Shown: positions 1 to 10,400 of the stretch, one piece after another | Layout: each line of letters opens with the position of its first letter | Numbering within the stretch: the first letter of the stretch is position 1 | Position numbers and translations under genes: made by a program | Notes under the pieces: model-generated | Databases searched by the model: none | Seen by the model: only the letters and a program-made list of their open reading frames with translations | What the model was told of the DNA's origin: nothing | Source of the DNA: an uncultured archaeon | Lineage (GTDB): Archaea; Aenigmatarchaeota; Aenigmatarchaeia; QMZP01 | Assembly (NCBI GenBank): GCA_964555875.1 | Contig: CAZKUD010000002.1 | Location: forward strand, 1 to 59,609 | Reading direction: 5' to 3' | Length of the DNA: 59,609 bases

Positions 1-720
1 GTATGCCTGAGCCAGGGTCTGCAGGAGCGTCCCAGGACACGTTGAATGAGCCGTCAGCATCGTATTCTTCGCTCCCGTCGGCTATGTTGGTGGGGGCCGC
101 TGGGGTGGTGGTATCCACGTATATTCCGTCTGAGCTTGAGGAGTTGGAACCCCATGTGCCTGCGTTTGATATTGCACGGACCTTGAAGGTGTAGTTGTTG
201 TTGTCCAGGCAGCCTGAAACGCTGTGGTCAGTGGTTGATATGGTCTGGCTGACCAGCTCCCAGGTGGAGCCGTCATCTGTGCTGTTGTAGAGGGCATAGT
301 ACTGTATGCCTGAGCCAGGGTCTGCAGGAGCGTCCCAGGACACGTTGAATGAGCCGTCCGTATCATATACTGCAGAGCCGTCTGCTATGTTGGAAGGTGC
401 GGCTGGGGTGGAGGTGTCAACGTAGATGCCGTCGGATGAGGATGAGTTTAAGCCCCATACACCGGAGCCTGAGATGGCACGGACCTTGAAGGTGTAGTTG
501 TTGTTGTCCAGGCAGCCTGAAACGCTGTGGTCAGTGGTTGATATGGTCTGGCTGACCAGCTCCCAGGTGGAGCCGTCATCTGTGCTGTTGTAGAGGGCAT
601 AGTACTGTATGCCTGAGCCAGGGTCTGCAGGAGCGTCCCAGGACACGTTGAATGAGCCGTCAGCATCGTATTCTTCGCTCCCGTCGGCTATGTTGGTGGG
701 GGCCGCTGGGGTGGTGGTGT
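1..720. repeat. 303-bp (101-aa) intragenic tandem repeat encoding FN3 domains, at least 2.4 copies
   Basis: gtatgcctgagccagggtct recurs at 1, 304 and 607; the core at 176-358 reads identical to 479-661. Confidence 0.95.
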
Positions 721-2011
721 CTATGAGGAAATACCAGTGCACCTGGGTCATGGAGTTGCCGGCATTGTCGTCCGCGTCCACTGTCACATTGATGGTGTCC
801 CCGTCATTCGTGGCGAAGGGGTATGTGTATTCCACCTCTATCCCGTTGGTTATCTCATTGAGCGTTTCAGTGACGTCAGAGAACGCCCCGTTGTTCCTGG
901 AGACCTTCATGGTTATGGTGGAATTGTCTATGCCTGAGCCAAGGTCCGTCAGGTTGGTCTTTATTGTAGGGGTTGTATCGCTGGTGAAAGCGGCCGGGGT
1001 CTCGCTTGCATTGGAAGGGGACGTGCTGTCTGCGCCTGCAGCGAATGCGCTGAAGTGGTGTATGTTCGCCCAGACGTAGCCGTCATACTCTGTCCCGCCG
1101 ATGGTGACGTTGGTTGTGGCCACCCCGGTGTCGTTCACGAGCTCCCATTTCTGGGACGTGGTGTTATAGTACCATACACCATACACATTGCCCTCCACCA
1201 GGCCGGAGTCATCAAGGTTGGCCTCTGTGTAGTATATGTCAATCCTGACAGGCCAGGTTATGGCGCTCTCATTGGTGGCGTTCAGCTCTATGAAGGTGCC
1301 GGATATTCCGGATTCTCCTGTGTAGGCAGACGAGTTCAGTTCGCTCCCATAGCTCATGATTGAGAATATGGTTTCTGTGGTGGTGGTGACTTTGAGGTGG
1401 GCATTGGCCTCTGCGGTGGCGTTTATCTCGTATTCAGTCCCGTTGGCAGACGTCCTGTTCATGCCGTCCAGGTCAGCAAGCAGGTATGGGGAATACGTTA
1501 CGTTCTCGCCCACCTGGTCCCCTGAGCCCGAGGCTTCTCCTCCCGGGCCGGTCTCGTTTCCCCAGTAGTTGTATGCCGCCATCAGGGTGTTGGAGTTGCT
1601 GACGTTGAATCCGTAGGTGTTCCCGTATATATTATTATAGACTATGATGTTTTCCGAAGCCGAGCCGTTGGCCCAGATGCCGTATGTGGCTCCGGTTATA
1701 TTGAAGCCGCTTATGTTGGCCCCGTCTGCCGTGATGTTGAAACCTATCCCGTCGGTCCCGGCGTTGACGACAGGGTACCCGTCGCCCCTTATGTCAGCCG
1801 CTACTGTGACGGTCACGTTCTCGCTGTATGTGCTTGAGGTGACGTTTATTATGTCGCCGTCTGACGCCGCATCCACCGCAGCCTGTATGGTGGTCTGGTC
1901 GCAGCCGGAAGCGCACACCGTCACTGTGGCGGCAGAGGCGCAGGCAGACATGGATAAGGTTGCCAGAGCTATGATTGATAGCAAGATTGCTACTTCCCCT
2001 CGCTTCATCAT
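2..2011 (-). CDS. Large secreted surface protein (5' part; runs off the window): signal peptide, NosD/CASH-like beta-helix start, PGF-pre-PGF-like domain, tandem fibronectin type III repeats
   Basis: Missing from the ORF track because no stop lies inside the window. Hand translation from ATG 2011 gives MMKRGEVAILLSIIALATLSMSACASAATVTVCASGCDQTTIQAAVDAASDGDIINV; the frame was also open where spot-checked at 720-1080 (YVWANIHHFSAFAAG) and through the FN3 units (FNVSWDAPAD...YTFKVRA). Confidence 0.9.
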   Translation of the reverse strand, partial: MMKRGEVAILLSIIALATLSMSACASAATVTVCASGCDQTTIQAAVDAASDGDIINVTSSTYSENVTVTVAADIRGDGYPVVNAGTDGIGFNITADGANISGFNITGATYGIWANGSASENIIVYNNIYGNTYGFNVSNSNTLMAAYNYWGNETGPGGEASGSGDQVGENVTYSPYLLADLDGMNRTSANGTEYEINATAEANAHLKVTTTTETIFSIMSYGSELNSSAYTGESGISGTFIELNATNESAITWPVRIDIYYTEANLDDSGLVEGNVYGVWYYNTTSQKWELVNDTGVATTNVTIGGTEYDGYVWANIHHFSAFAAGADSTSPSNASETPAAFTSDTTPTIKTNLTDLGSGIDNSTITMKVSRNNGAFSDVTETLNEITNGIEVEYTYPFATNDGDTINVTVDADDNAGNSMTQVHWYFLIDTTTPAAPTNIADGSEEYDADGSFNVSWDAPADPGSGIQYYALYNSTDDGSTWELVSQTISTTDHSVSGCLDNNNYTFKVRAISGSGVWGLNSSSSDGIYVDTSTPAAPSNIADGSAVYDTDGSFNVSWDAPADPGSGIQYYALYNSTDDGSTWELVSQTISTTDHSVSGCLDNNNYTFKVRAISNAGTWGSNSSSSDGIYVDTTTPAAPTNIADGSEEYDADGSFNVSWDAPADPGSGI

Positions 2012-2208
2012 AACTAGAGGTGTCTGAAATGCCCGTTATATATCTATGGTTAATTTGGTCAAGGCTGTTCCTTCAGCAGGTTTACAGTTTCACTCACATT
2101 GTCCGCTTGGTATCGTAAAATATAGCGGAATAGCGGAACGGTCCTAACCCCAGCTTTAATACCCCCCTCCACCAAACCCTTTAAAAAACCTTTTGGCCAT
2201 TATATACC

Positions 2209-2385
2209 ATGGCTGAGGGGATAGGAAAGGAACATGAGAGGGAGAACATCACCTTCGGTGGAAGGATCGGGGATTATGTCTTTGGAGCGCTTCTTCACTT
2301 TGGCGAAGCCATCAGCTACCTCGTGCCGGTATCCGAAGAGGAGATGAACGAGTACAGGAAAAAATTACGAGAGGATGAGATATGA
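2209..2385 (+). CDS. Small hypothetical protein (58 aa) translationally coupled to radA
   Basis: [58 protein letters not shown]; stop overlaps the radA start as ATGA; TATA-like tttaaaaaa/ttatata upstream. Confidence 0.7.
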   Translation: MAEGIGKEHERENITFGGRIGDYVFGALLHFGEAISYLVPVSEEEMNEYRKKLREDEI

Positions 2386-3500
2386 GCAAGGAAATTGAGA
2401 ACCTGCCTGGCGTTGGCGCCAAGACAGCAGAGAAGCTTATAGAGGCCGGATATGAGGACCTGATGTCGATAGCCGCCACCTCTGCAGGAGACCTGATGGA
2501 CGCCGCAGGGGTTGGTGAGGAGACCGCAGCAAAGATAATAGCAGCTGCAAGGGACGGCATGGAGATGGGGTTCGAGCCCGCCACAAAGGTGCTGGAAAAG
2601 AGGGCCACTGTCGGGAAGATAACCACAGGCTCCAAGGACCTGGACGAGCTCCTGGGAGGAGGGATCGAGACCCAGTGCATAATAGAGGCACACGGGGCCT
2701 TCGGCTCAGGGAAGTCCCAGCTTGCGCACCAGCTGGCTGTTAACGTCCAGCTGCCCAAGGAGAGGGGCGGACTGGGAGGAAAGGCGATATTCATTGACAC
2801 TGAGCAGACCTTCAGGCCCGAGAGGATAATGCAGATGGCTGAGGCGGCTGGCCTGGACCCGAAGCAGGCGCTGGAGAACGTGCTGATGGCAAGGGCATAC
2901 AACTCTGACCACCAGATGGTGCTGGCAGAGAAGGCTGAGGAGTTCGTGAAGGACAACAACGTCAAGATAATAATAATAGACTCCCTGACCAGCGCGTTCC
3001 GTTCAGACTACACGGGAAGGGGAACATTGGCGAACAGGCAGCAGAAGCTGAACAGGCACCTGCACAAGCTGCAGAAGCTTGCTGACGTGCACAACCTTTC
3101 TATCTACGTGACCAACCAGGTGATGTCCAACCCGGGCGTCCTGTTCGGAGACCCCACAAGGCCCATTGGCGGGCATGTGCTGGGGCACCAGGCCACCTTC
3201 CGCCTTTACCTGAGGAAGTCCAAGGGGGAGAAGAGGATAGCCAAGCTGATAGACTCGCCCTGCCTGCCAGAAGGGGAGACCGTCTTCCAGGTCAAGCCTG
3301 AGGGGCTCACGAACGACGACGGCTCCAGGAGCTTCGACATCGTGCCCGAAGAGGAGCCCAGGAAGGCCAGGAAGAAGAAAGCGGAACCCAAGGAAGAGGC
3401 GCCTGAAGGGGAGCCTAAGCCTGAAAAGAATAAGAAAGAGGAATCCTCTGACGCGCACCAAGAAGAGGCCCAAAAGGAATCACCAGAAGAAGCTGCATAA
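2382..3500 (+). CDS. radA: DNA repair and recombination protein RadA with a C-terminal low-complexity extension
   Basis: N-terminal HhH ([12 protein letters not shown]), Walker A GAFGSGKS, Walker [43 protein letters not shown]. Confidence 0.97.
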   Translation: MSKEIENLPGVGAKTAEKLIEAGYEDLMSIAATSAGDLMDAAGVGEETAAKIIAAARDGMEMGFEPATKVLEKRATVGKITTGSKDLDELLGGGIETQCIIEAHGAFGSGKSQLAHQLAVNVQLPKERGGLGGKAIFIDTEQTFRPERIMQMAEAAGLDPKQALENVLMARAYNSDHQMVLAEKAEEFVKDNNVKIIIIDSLTSAFRSDYTGRGTLANRQQKLNRHLHKLQKLADVHNLSIYVTNQVMSNPGVLFGDPTRPIGGHVLGHQATFRLYLRKSKGEKRIAKLIDSPCLPEGETVFQVKPEGLTNDDGSRSFDIVPEEEPRKARKKKAEPKEEAPEGEPKPEKNKKEESSDAHQEEAQKESPEEAA

Positions 3501-3527
3501 TTTAAGTAAGGCACACCAAAACAAATT

Positions 3528-3812
3528 ATGAGAGTCAAACTGAACTATATAATAGACGTGGCGATGGCATTGGCCTTCATGATTGTGTTCGTGACAGGCA
3601 TAATCAAGCTGCCGGCCCTGTACGGCTTCTGGGGCGTGAACCACAGGTACATGCTGACTGCCGCCACAACAATCATACACGACCAGGCAGGGCTGGTATT
3701 GGGGTGCCTGATAATACTGCACATAACCCTTCACATAAAGTGGTACTGGAACGTGACAAAGTCATTCTTGAGAAAGGGAGGTAAGAAAGATGCTGGCAAA
3801 AAGTCCGATTGA
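3528..3812 (+). CDS. Small membrane protein, DUF4405/cytochrome b-like
   Basis: Two hydrophobic helices with His pattern IIHD...ILHITLHIKW. Confidence 0.65.
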   Translation: MRVKLNYIIDVAMALAFMIVFVTGIIKLPALYGFWGVNHRYMLTAATTIIHDQAGLVLGCLIILHITLHIKWYWNVTKSFLRKGGKKDAGKKSD

Positions 3813-4074
3813 CCTGAGCAAGGTGGACAAGAGCAACATAGACAGGGAAGTCCTCAGGCTGGCCATGATAGCCGAGCTGGACGCGGTCAACCTGTACGAG
3901 CAGCTGGCCGCCAAGGCGGAGAGCGCTGACATAAAGAAGATTCTCCTGGACGTGGCGAAGGAAGAGAAGACCCACATGGGGGAGTTCCAGGCGCTTCTCC
4001 TGAAGTTCGACGGTGAGCAGGTCAAGGAGCTGGAAGCGGGAAAGAAGGAAGTAGAGGAAGAGCTCGCGAAGTGA
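3790..4074 (+). CDS. Ferritin-like protein of the encapsulated-ferritin (EncFtn/Flp) type
   Basis: LRLAMIAELDAVNLYEQLA...KILLDVAKEEKTHMGEF; matches from memory the Pyrococcus furiosus EncFtn pattern (AELDAINLYEQ...EEKAHVGEF). Confidence 0.85.
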   Translation: MLAKSPIDLSKVDKSNIDREVLRLAMIAELDAVNLYEQLAAKAESADIKKILLDVAKEEKTHMGEFQALLLKFDGEQVKELEAGKKEVEEELAK

Positions 4075-4075
4075 A

Positions 4076-4366
4076 TCAGGCGAGTTCGAACTTCCTGAAC
4101 CTGATAGGGACATTCATCACGCTACCCAGGTGGGAGTGGACCACCCTGTGGAGCACAATCATGTCCTCCCTGTCCTCTTCCTGGGGCACATGGAGCATGA
4201 AATCCTTCTGGTCGTCGTCCCTCCTCATCCAGAACTGGAAGACGCTGACATAGTCCTTTCCAGCCGCCACTGCATCACCTGTCACTCCGGTAACTGTGTA
4301 GGCGTGCCCGTCTATCATGAGCCTGTCGCCCTTCCTGAGCGACCTCAACTTCTCCAAATCCACCAT
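4076..4366 (-). CDS. Hypothetical protein (96 aa)
   Basis: Probable start MVDLEKLRSL at 4366, preceded by a GGAGG-like RBS; the ORF-track extension to 4468 is probably not real. Confidence 0.65.
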   Translation of the reverse strand: MVDLEKLRSLRKGDRLMIDGHAYTVTGVTGDAVAAGKDYVSVFQFWMRRDDDQKDFMLHVPQEEDREDMIVLHRVVHSHLGSVMNVPIRFRKFELA

Positions 4367-4464
4367 GGGGCGCCTCCAAGCGCACAAGATGCCATATTGA
4401 GTATTGTCTGGCATCCCTTTAATATTGTCACATGCACCGAGACGGCAGCCTGATGGTCCCGGTT

Positions 4465-7400
4465 TCACCGCTTTGTCAAGAAATAGGCGGCTGCCAGTAT
4501 CACCAGAATAGCGACCACGGCAACCACGCCGTAAAGCAGGTAATCCGCCAGGGGTTCAGGTTGGGCCACAGGGGCAGCAGTCGACGGCGCCTCCTCTTGC
4601 TGGACCGGGGCCTCGGCCGGGGTGTAGCAGAAGCCGTCATTCCCGCAACTGCCTGCGCAGTCCGCATCAGTGACGCACCTCATGCCGTCAGCGCACGGTA
4701 GGCAGGAACCTCCGCAGTCAACATCGCTTTCGTCCCCGTTCAGGATGCCGTCAGAGCATGTAGCAGGAGGCACATACTCGCATGCCCGCTCCTCTGTCTT
4801 GTCCTTGGTGGAGCACGTGCCCGTGTTTTCGCAGAACCTGTGCTGGGTGCCGTTCGGCAGGCAGGCTGACCAGTCCTCACATTCCCAGACAATCGAACAC
4901 GGGGACGGGGGAGTTGTAGTGCTTTCCTCAGCGGCTGCTGCGGCTGCTGCGGCTGTGCTGCCGCCGATTCCCCACAGGCTGAAGTGGGTCGTGTTGGCCC
5001 AGACATAGTTGTTGGCTGTGTCCACCCCGCCGTCCGGCGGGTCGTAAGCGCTCCAGCTGTCGCTGGTGGCGTTGTAGTAGTGTATCCTCAGGCTGCTCTC
5101 GTCGAGGTTTTGGGCCGAAACTTCGGCATCGGTGTAGTATATCTTGATGATGGCATAGCTTAGGCTTGTCATACCGGTAGATATGCTGACATACCTTCCA
5201 AGCTCCTGCACGCCGAATGCTGACGTGGTCGGGTTGCTGTTGAACTCGTTCATGGTGACTGGAACGCTCTCGTTCTGATCTGTGACTATGTCCAGCGCAG
5301 AATTCATGCCTGTGGTGGACTGGTTGATCGAGTATTCATTGCCTGCGGTGGTGCTGGCCGTGGTGTTGTAGGTGTCGCTGTAGTTGGTGGCCAGCAGGGA
5401 CCAGGTGTCGGACAGGCCCACATTCGAGTTGGAATCGTTGCACCTGACATACCACCTGTGGAACGCAAGGGTCGTGTAGACGTTCGCGAAGGTGCTGTTG
5501 GCGTTGTCTGTCACGGCCGAGTAAGCCTTGCTCTCGTTCGCCAAATTGTCAATGTAGAGGGTGCAGTTGTTGCTGGCTGAATTGTTGACCAGGTTGGTGG
5601 GATAGAATATGAAGTTGACGTTCCCGGACGCCGTGAGTATATGGTCATTGACGGGGGACTTCAGTTTTACGCAGAAACTGTTGCCCGTGGCTGTCACGCT
5701 GCCCCCGCTGGCAGTGACTATTCCCTGGCTGTTGTCGCATATGGTGTTTCCCGTGGCAGTTGCGCTGCTGCTTCCGCTGGCGTGGATGGCCGGACCGCTG
5801 TCAGTGTAACGGATGATGTTGTCAGATATCGTGTTGCCCGTGGAGCCGATGGCCAGCCTGATGCCGTAATCAGTGTTGTTGAGTATGGTGTTCTGGTCTA
5901 TGGTGTTGTCCTTGCTGTTCGTCTGGAGGTAGATGCCTGTCTTCGGGGTACGGGTGTTGAAGCTCACTGTGTTGTTGTAGACTGTGTTGCTGTTGGAATT
6001 GACTATATGTATCCCTGTATCGCAGTGCGAGGCGTTGTTGTGGCTTATGGTTGAGCCGTTGACGTTTTCGATGTATATGCCGCTGACCGCCAATGCATAG
6101 TTGTTGTACAGCGTGTTTCCCGTGATAGTGTGGCCGACAGAGTTGACCAGGTATATGCCTGAAGAGAACCCGTCCACAATGCAGTCAGTGATTGTAAGGC
6201 TGTCTATCCCGTTTGCCTGTATGCCGTAATCCTGGCCTCCGGTGAAATGGTCCCAGCTGGTATGGGATATCTTATGGCCCGCGCAGTCCAGGGTTATGCC
6301 GGAGCTGCCGAGCGCCAGGGCATTGTCATCACACAGCAGGTCCTGGGACATCGTGAAACCGGACGTCAGGGTGTGGCCGCAGAGCTCTGTGAACACTGTC
6401 GTTGTAAGGCCAAGGTTGGTATAGCTGTCATTGGCATAGACCGTTATGTTAGAGACTCCCCCGTAGCTGGAGAGGTCTATGCTGCTCACGTTGGCGCAGC
6501 TGTCCAGGGACGTATTGGGGCCTTCGTTTATGCTGTACCAGCAGCTGTCCAGATTGATGTCGCTTGCGCTGTAGTTCAGGCCGTTCAGGTAGCTGTACAG
6601 CGTGCTGCCGCTTGACGGGTTGTATATCGTGATGTCCGGCGGTATGACGTCCACGTATATAGATGTGGCGGCTGTTGCATTATGGCCGCTCATGCCTCCG
6701 TAGTCCTCGGCATAGGCTGTCATCGCGTTCCATCCTGAGCCGAGAGTCGGGGAAGTGAAGTTGCAGACGTAGTATTCATAGTCATCGTACATGTTGCAGG
6801 TCATGTTGTCTATGGTGTACCCCTGCCCCTGGACCTGGACAAGTATGGTCGCATTGTTTATAGCAGTCCCTGTACCGTTGAAGCTAACGTTGACCGGAGG
6901 CATGTCATTGTTCGTGGAGCTGCCGTTCTGCGGAGTGATAAAGGTCACCACAGGGTTCTGGGTGTCAGACGCGGAATACCCGGAGAATCCGTATACCTGG
7001 AACGTGAGGTTCTCGCCATCATAGCTTATGGTGGAGCTGTTGACGCCTGCGGCGCCTGCATCGGCCAGGACTGCAGGCGTGCTTTTGAAAGGCAGGTAGT
7101 AAAGTGTTATCGTAGTCGTGGTGTTCAGGGCCGCGAAGGCTGTGGTATTGACATATATGTAGCTGTCCCCGTACGAGAAGGGCGGATAAACGGTCACGCT
7201 TATGGCGTCCCCCAGGTTATCCAGTGCCTGACCGGTTGCCGGGTCTGACATGTTGATGGAACTCATGTTCAGCAGGGCTGAGCGCAGATATCCCTGTTCT
7301 GTCTGGAATCCGCAGGACTGAGTCCTGTTCAGGAAGATGTCTATGATGAAATTGATTGAATCAAAGTCAAGCTCTGTGCTCAGGTTCGTCGTGAGCGCAC

Positions 7401-10400
7401 CGAACGCCTCGCATCCGGACTGTTCGCTCGGGGGCACCGTGAAGTTGTAAAGTATCACGGGATTGGAAGACATGCCAATCATGGGCAATGGGTTGTTGGC
7501 ATTGTCATAAGCCATTATGGTTGTGTTGAACCCCTCGAAGTCATAGTCAGCGCCTGTCACAGTGTAGCTCGCGTTGTAATACCCGCCGCCCATCGGCGTC
7601 ATGTTGACGGATGCGTCATCGAAGGTGAAGTTTGCTGTTACATTGGCCACCCCTGATTCCCCGTCGGTAACGTTGGCGACAAGGTGAACGACATTGTTGC
7701 CGGACGCTGTGCTGTAGAAGTAATCAGTATCGTTCAGCCAGGCATGGACGAAAGTCGGGGGGATGTTGTCAACCGTAACCGTTATGTTGGCATTGTTGAA
7801 GTTGCCCGCAGAGTCATTGGCCAGAATCTGCAGCACGCAGGAGCCCTGGCCTGCCGTGCTGGTGTCCCACCAGCCTGTCTCGTAATCTGCCGTCGCATTG
7901 ATGATGGTGCTGGTGAACATGGCCTGCATGTCCCCTCCGCAGTAGGAATTGAACGTCGCATAATCCCAGCCGGATGTGGAGTCGTCAACAGTGTAATTCA
8001 CCGTCACGTTGCCCGTCAGGACATCGCTGTCTGACGGGCTGTTCCAGGAAAGCCCGGGAGCGGTGTCGTCAATGCCAAGTTCCACCATTTCGGTATTGTT
8101 GACATTGTTCGCGCTGTCGTTTGCGAAAATCGTGATGTTGTATGCACCATCAGGAACCCCTGTGATGTCAAAGGTGGCGTTCCAGAAGTTGCCGTCCTGG
8201 CTCATGGCCGTCCAGGGGCCGTTGTGCGTGGAGTTCTCCCACCTGTATGCGACAGTATGCGTGCCAGACCCTGTATCAATAACGCTTGCGTTAATCACGA
8301 AATTGTGGTTGTACCACATGTTCATGGGCAGGATCATCATTACAACCGGATTTGTCTCGTCTACGATTACCTCCCTCTCTTCGCTGGCATTGAAGTTGTA
8401 GACGTATCCGCTGCCTCCCCACTTCATGGCGGAGTCATTGGCATAGACGACGAAAGAGGTGCTCCCCTCGAACATGTAAGTCATGTTGTGCCAGCAGCTC
8501 ACGCTCTTGCCTGATCCCACCCTGGTCATCGTTATGTTGTACATTTTGCTCACTTCCAGGATGCAGCCCGTTATTGGGGTCAGGGCATCTGTCACTGTGA
8601 CATTGACATATGTCCAGTTAACAGCCCTGCACGTGAGGTTGTCAGGCGTCGGGTAGACGAAGTTCACTGAAGACGGAGGGGTCATGTCGACTGTCAGGGT
8701 CCTGTTGGCGTCAGACCAGTCTTCATTGCCTGCGCTGTCATTGCAGTAGGCTCCCCATACATGCTGGCCCTCGGGCAGGCCGTCCACTTCTGCGGTCCAC
8801 ATCGCGCTGTCCACAGGACTGGTGTTGGTCTGGTTGGCGTGCCAGGTCCCTGTCCAGTTGCCCCAGAGCTGGAGGGTGTTTGGCATCATGTTGTCGCTGC
8901 AGTTCAGGTCGAACCAGTAGGACGGGTTGGAGCTGTTCCAGTCATCGCTCGGCATCCAGTCAAGCGTTGCAGTCGGGGGAGTTTCGTCTGTAGTGAACTG
9001 CCTGGTCTCGCTGACGTTGAAGTTGCCATTTGTGCCAACGGAGTCATTCGCGTATACCCTGTAATCATAAAGCGCCTGGTTCAGATTAGTGATGTTGATC
9101 CAGCAGTTCACGCTGTTGCCTGAGCCCACCCTTGCCATGGTATAATTGTTGTTGTACATCTCCAGGATGCAGCCCGTTACGGCTGTGGCCGCGTCCGTAA
9201 CGGTCACGTTGACGTATGTCCAGTTCACGTTCCTGTAAGTGTTGTTGTCGGGCGTCGGGTAGACGAAGCTGACGGACGAAGGCGGAGAAGTGTCGAGCGT
9301 GACGTTCCTGACTGATTCATTGCCGAAGTTGTTGAGGGTGTCATTGGCATAGACCTTGTAGGTATGGGTTCCGTCGCTGTCCGTCTTGTTGTACCAGCAG
9401 ATTGCCCCGCCAGACACTGTGTCAGCCTTACCCATGGTGTAGTTCGTGCCATCCCATTCCAGGAGGCAGTCCGAGACGGATACGCCGTCTGACACGCTCA
9501 CGTTGACGAAGGCCCATTCCTGGGACAGGTTAGCATCGTCTATCGGAGGTATGCTCGATACAAGGTAGGAGACAGAAGGCCCTGTCTGGTCAACCGTAAA
9601 GGTGCCGTTAATATCCGACCAGTCGCTGTTGCCTGCGCTGTCATTGCAATAGACACCCCATATCCAGGTTCCCTCCTGTATTCCGTCAACGGTCACGTTC
9701 CAGATGACATCATTATGCGGGGATGAGTTGGTCTGGTTCAGGTGCCATGTACCTGTCCAGTTGCCCCAGAGCTGGAGGGTATTAGGATTGGAGTCAGAGC
9801 AGTTCAGGCCGAAAGTGACGCTCGAGCTGGAGGTGTTATGCCCCTCGACAGGCTGGACAGGTTCACCTACCGTGGCTATTGGATTTGTCTCGTCTACGAT
9901 TACCTCCCTCTCTTCGCTGGCATTGAAGTTGTAGACGTATCCGCTGCCTCCCCACTTCATGGCGGAGTCATTGGCATAGACGACGAAAGAGGTGCTCCCC
10001 TCGAACATGTAAGTCATGTTGTGCCAGCAGCTCACGCTCTTGCCTGATCCCACCCTGGTCATCGTTATGTTGTACATTTTGCTCACTTCCAGGATGCAGC
10101 CCGTTATTGGGGTCAGGGCATCTGTCACTGTGACATTGACATATGTCCAGTTAACAGCCCTGCACGTGAGGTTGTCAGGCGTCGGGTAGACGAAGTTCAC
10201 TGAAGACGGAGGGGTCATGTCGACTGTCAGGGTCCTGTTGGCGTCAGACCAGTCTTCATTGCCTGCGCTGTCATTGCAGTAGGCTCCCCATACATGCTGG
10301 CCCTCGGGCAGGCCGTCCACTTCTGCGGTCCACATCGCGCTGTCCACAGGACTGGTGTTGGTCTGGTTGGCGTGCCAGGTCCCTGTCCAGTTGCCCCAGA

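Noticed and set aside
2382-3500. Intein in RadA
   Set aside because: The core is of normal length with contiguous motifs; the extra length is a C-terminal tail without intein termini.
4931-4955. 9-bp gcggctgct tandem as a phase-variation tract
   Set aside because: In-frame poly-Ala linker; unit length is a multiple of 3, so slippage would not switch expression.
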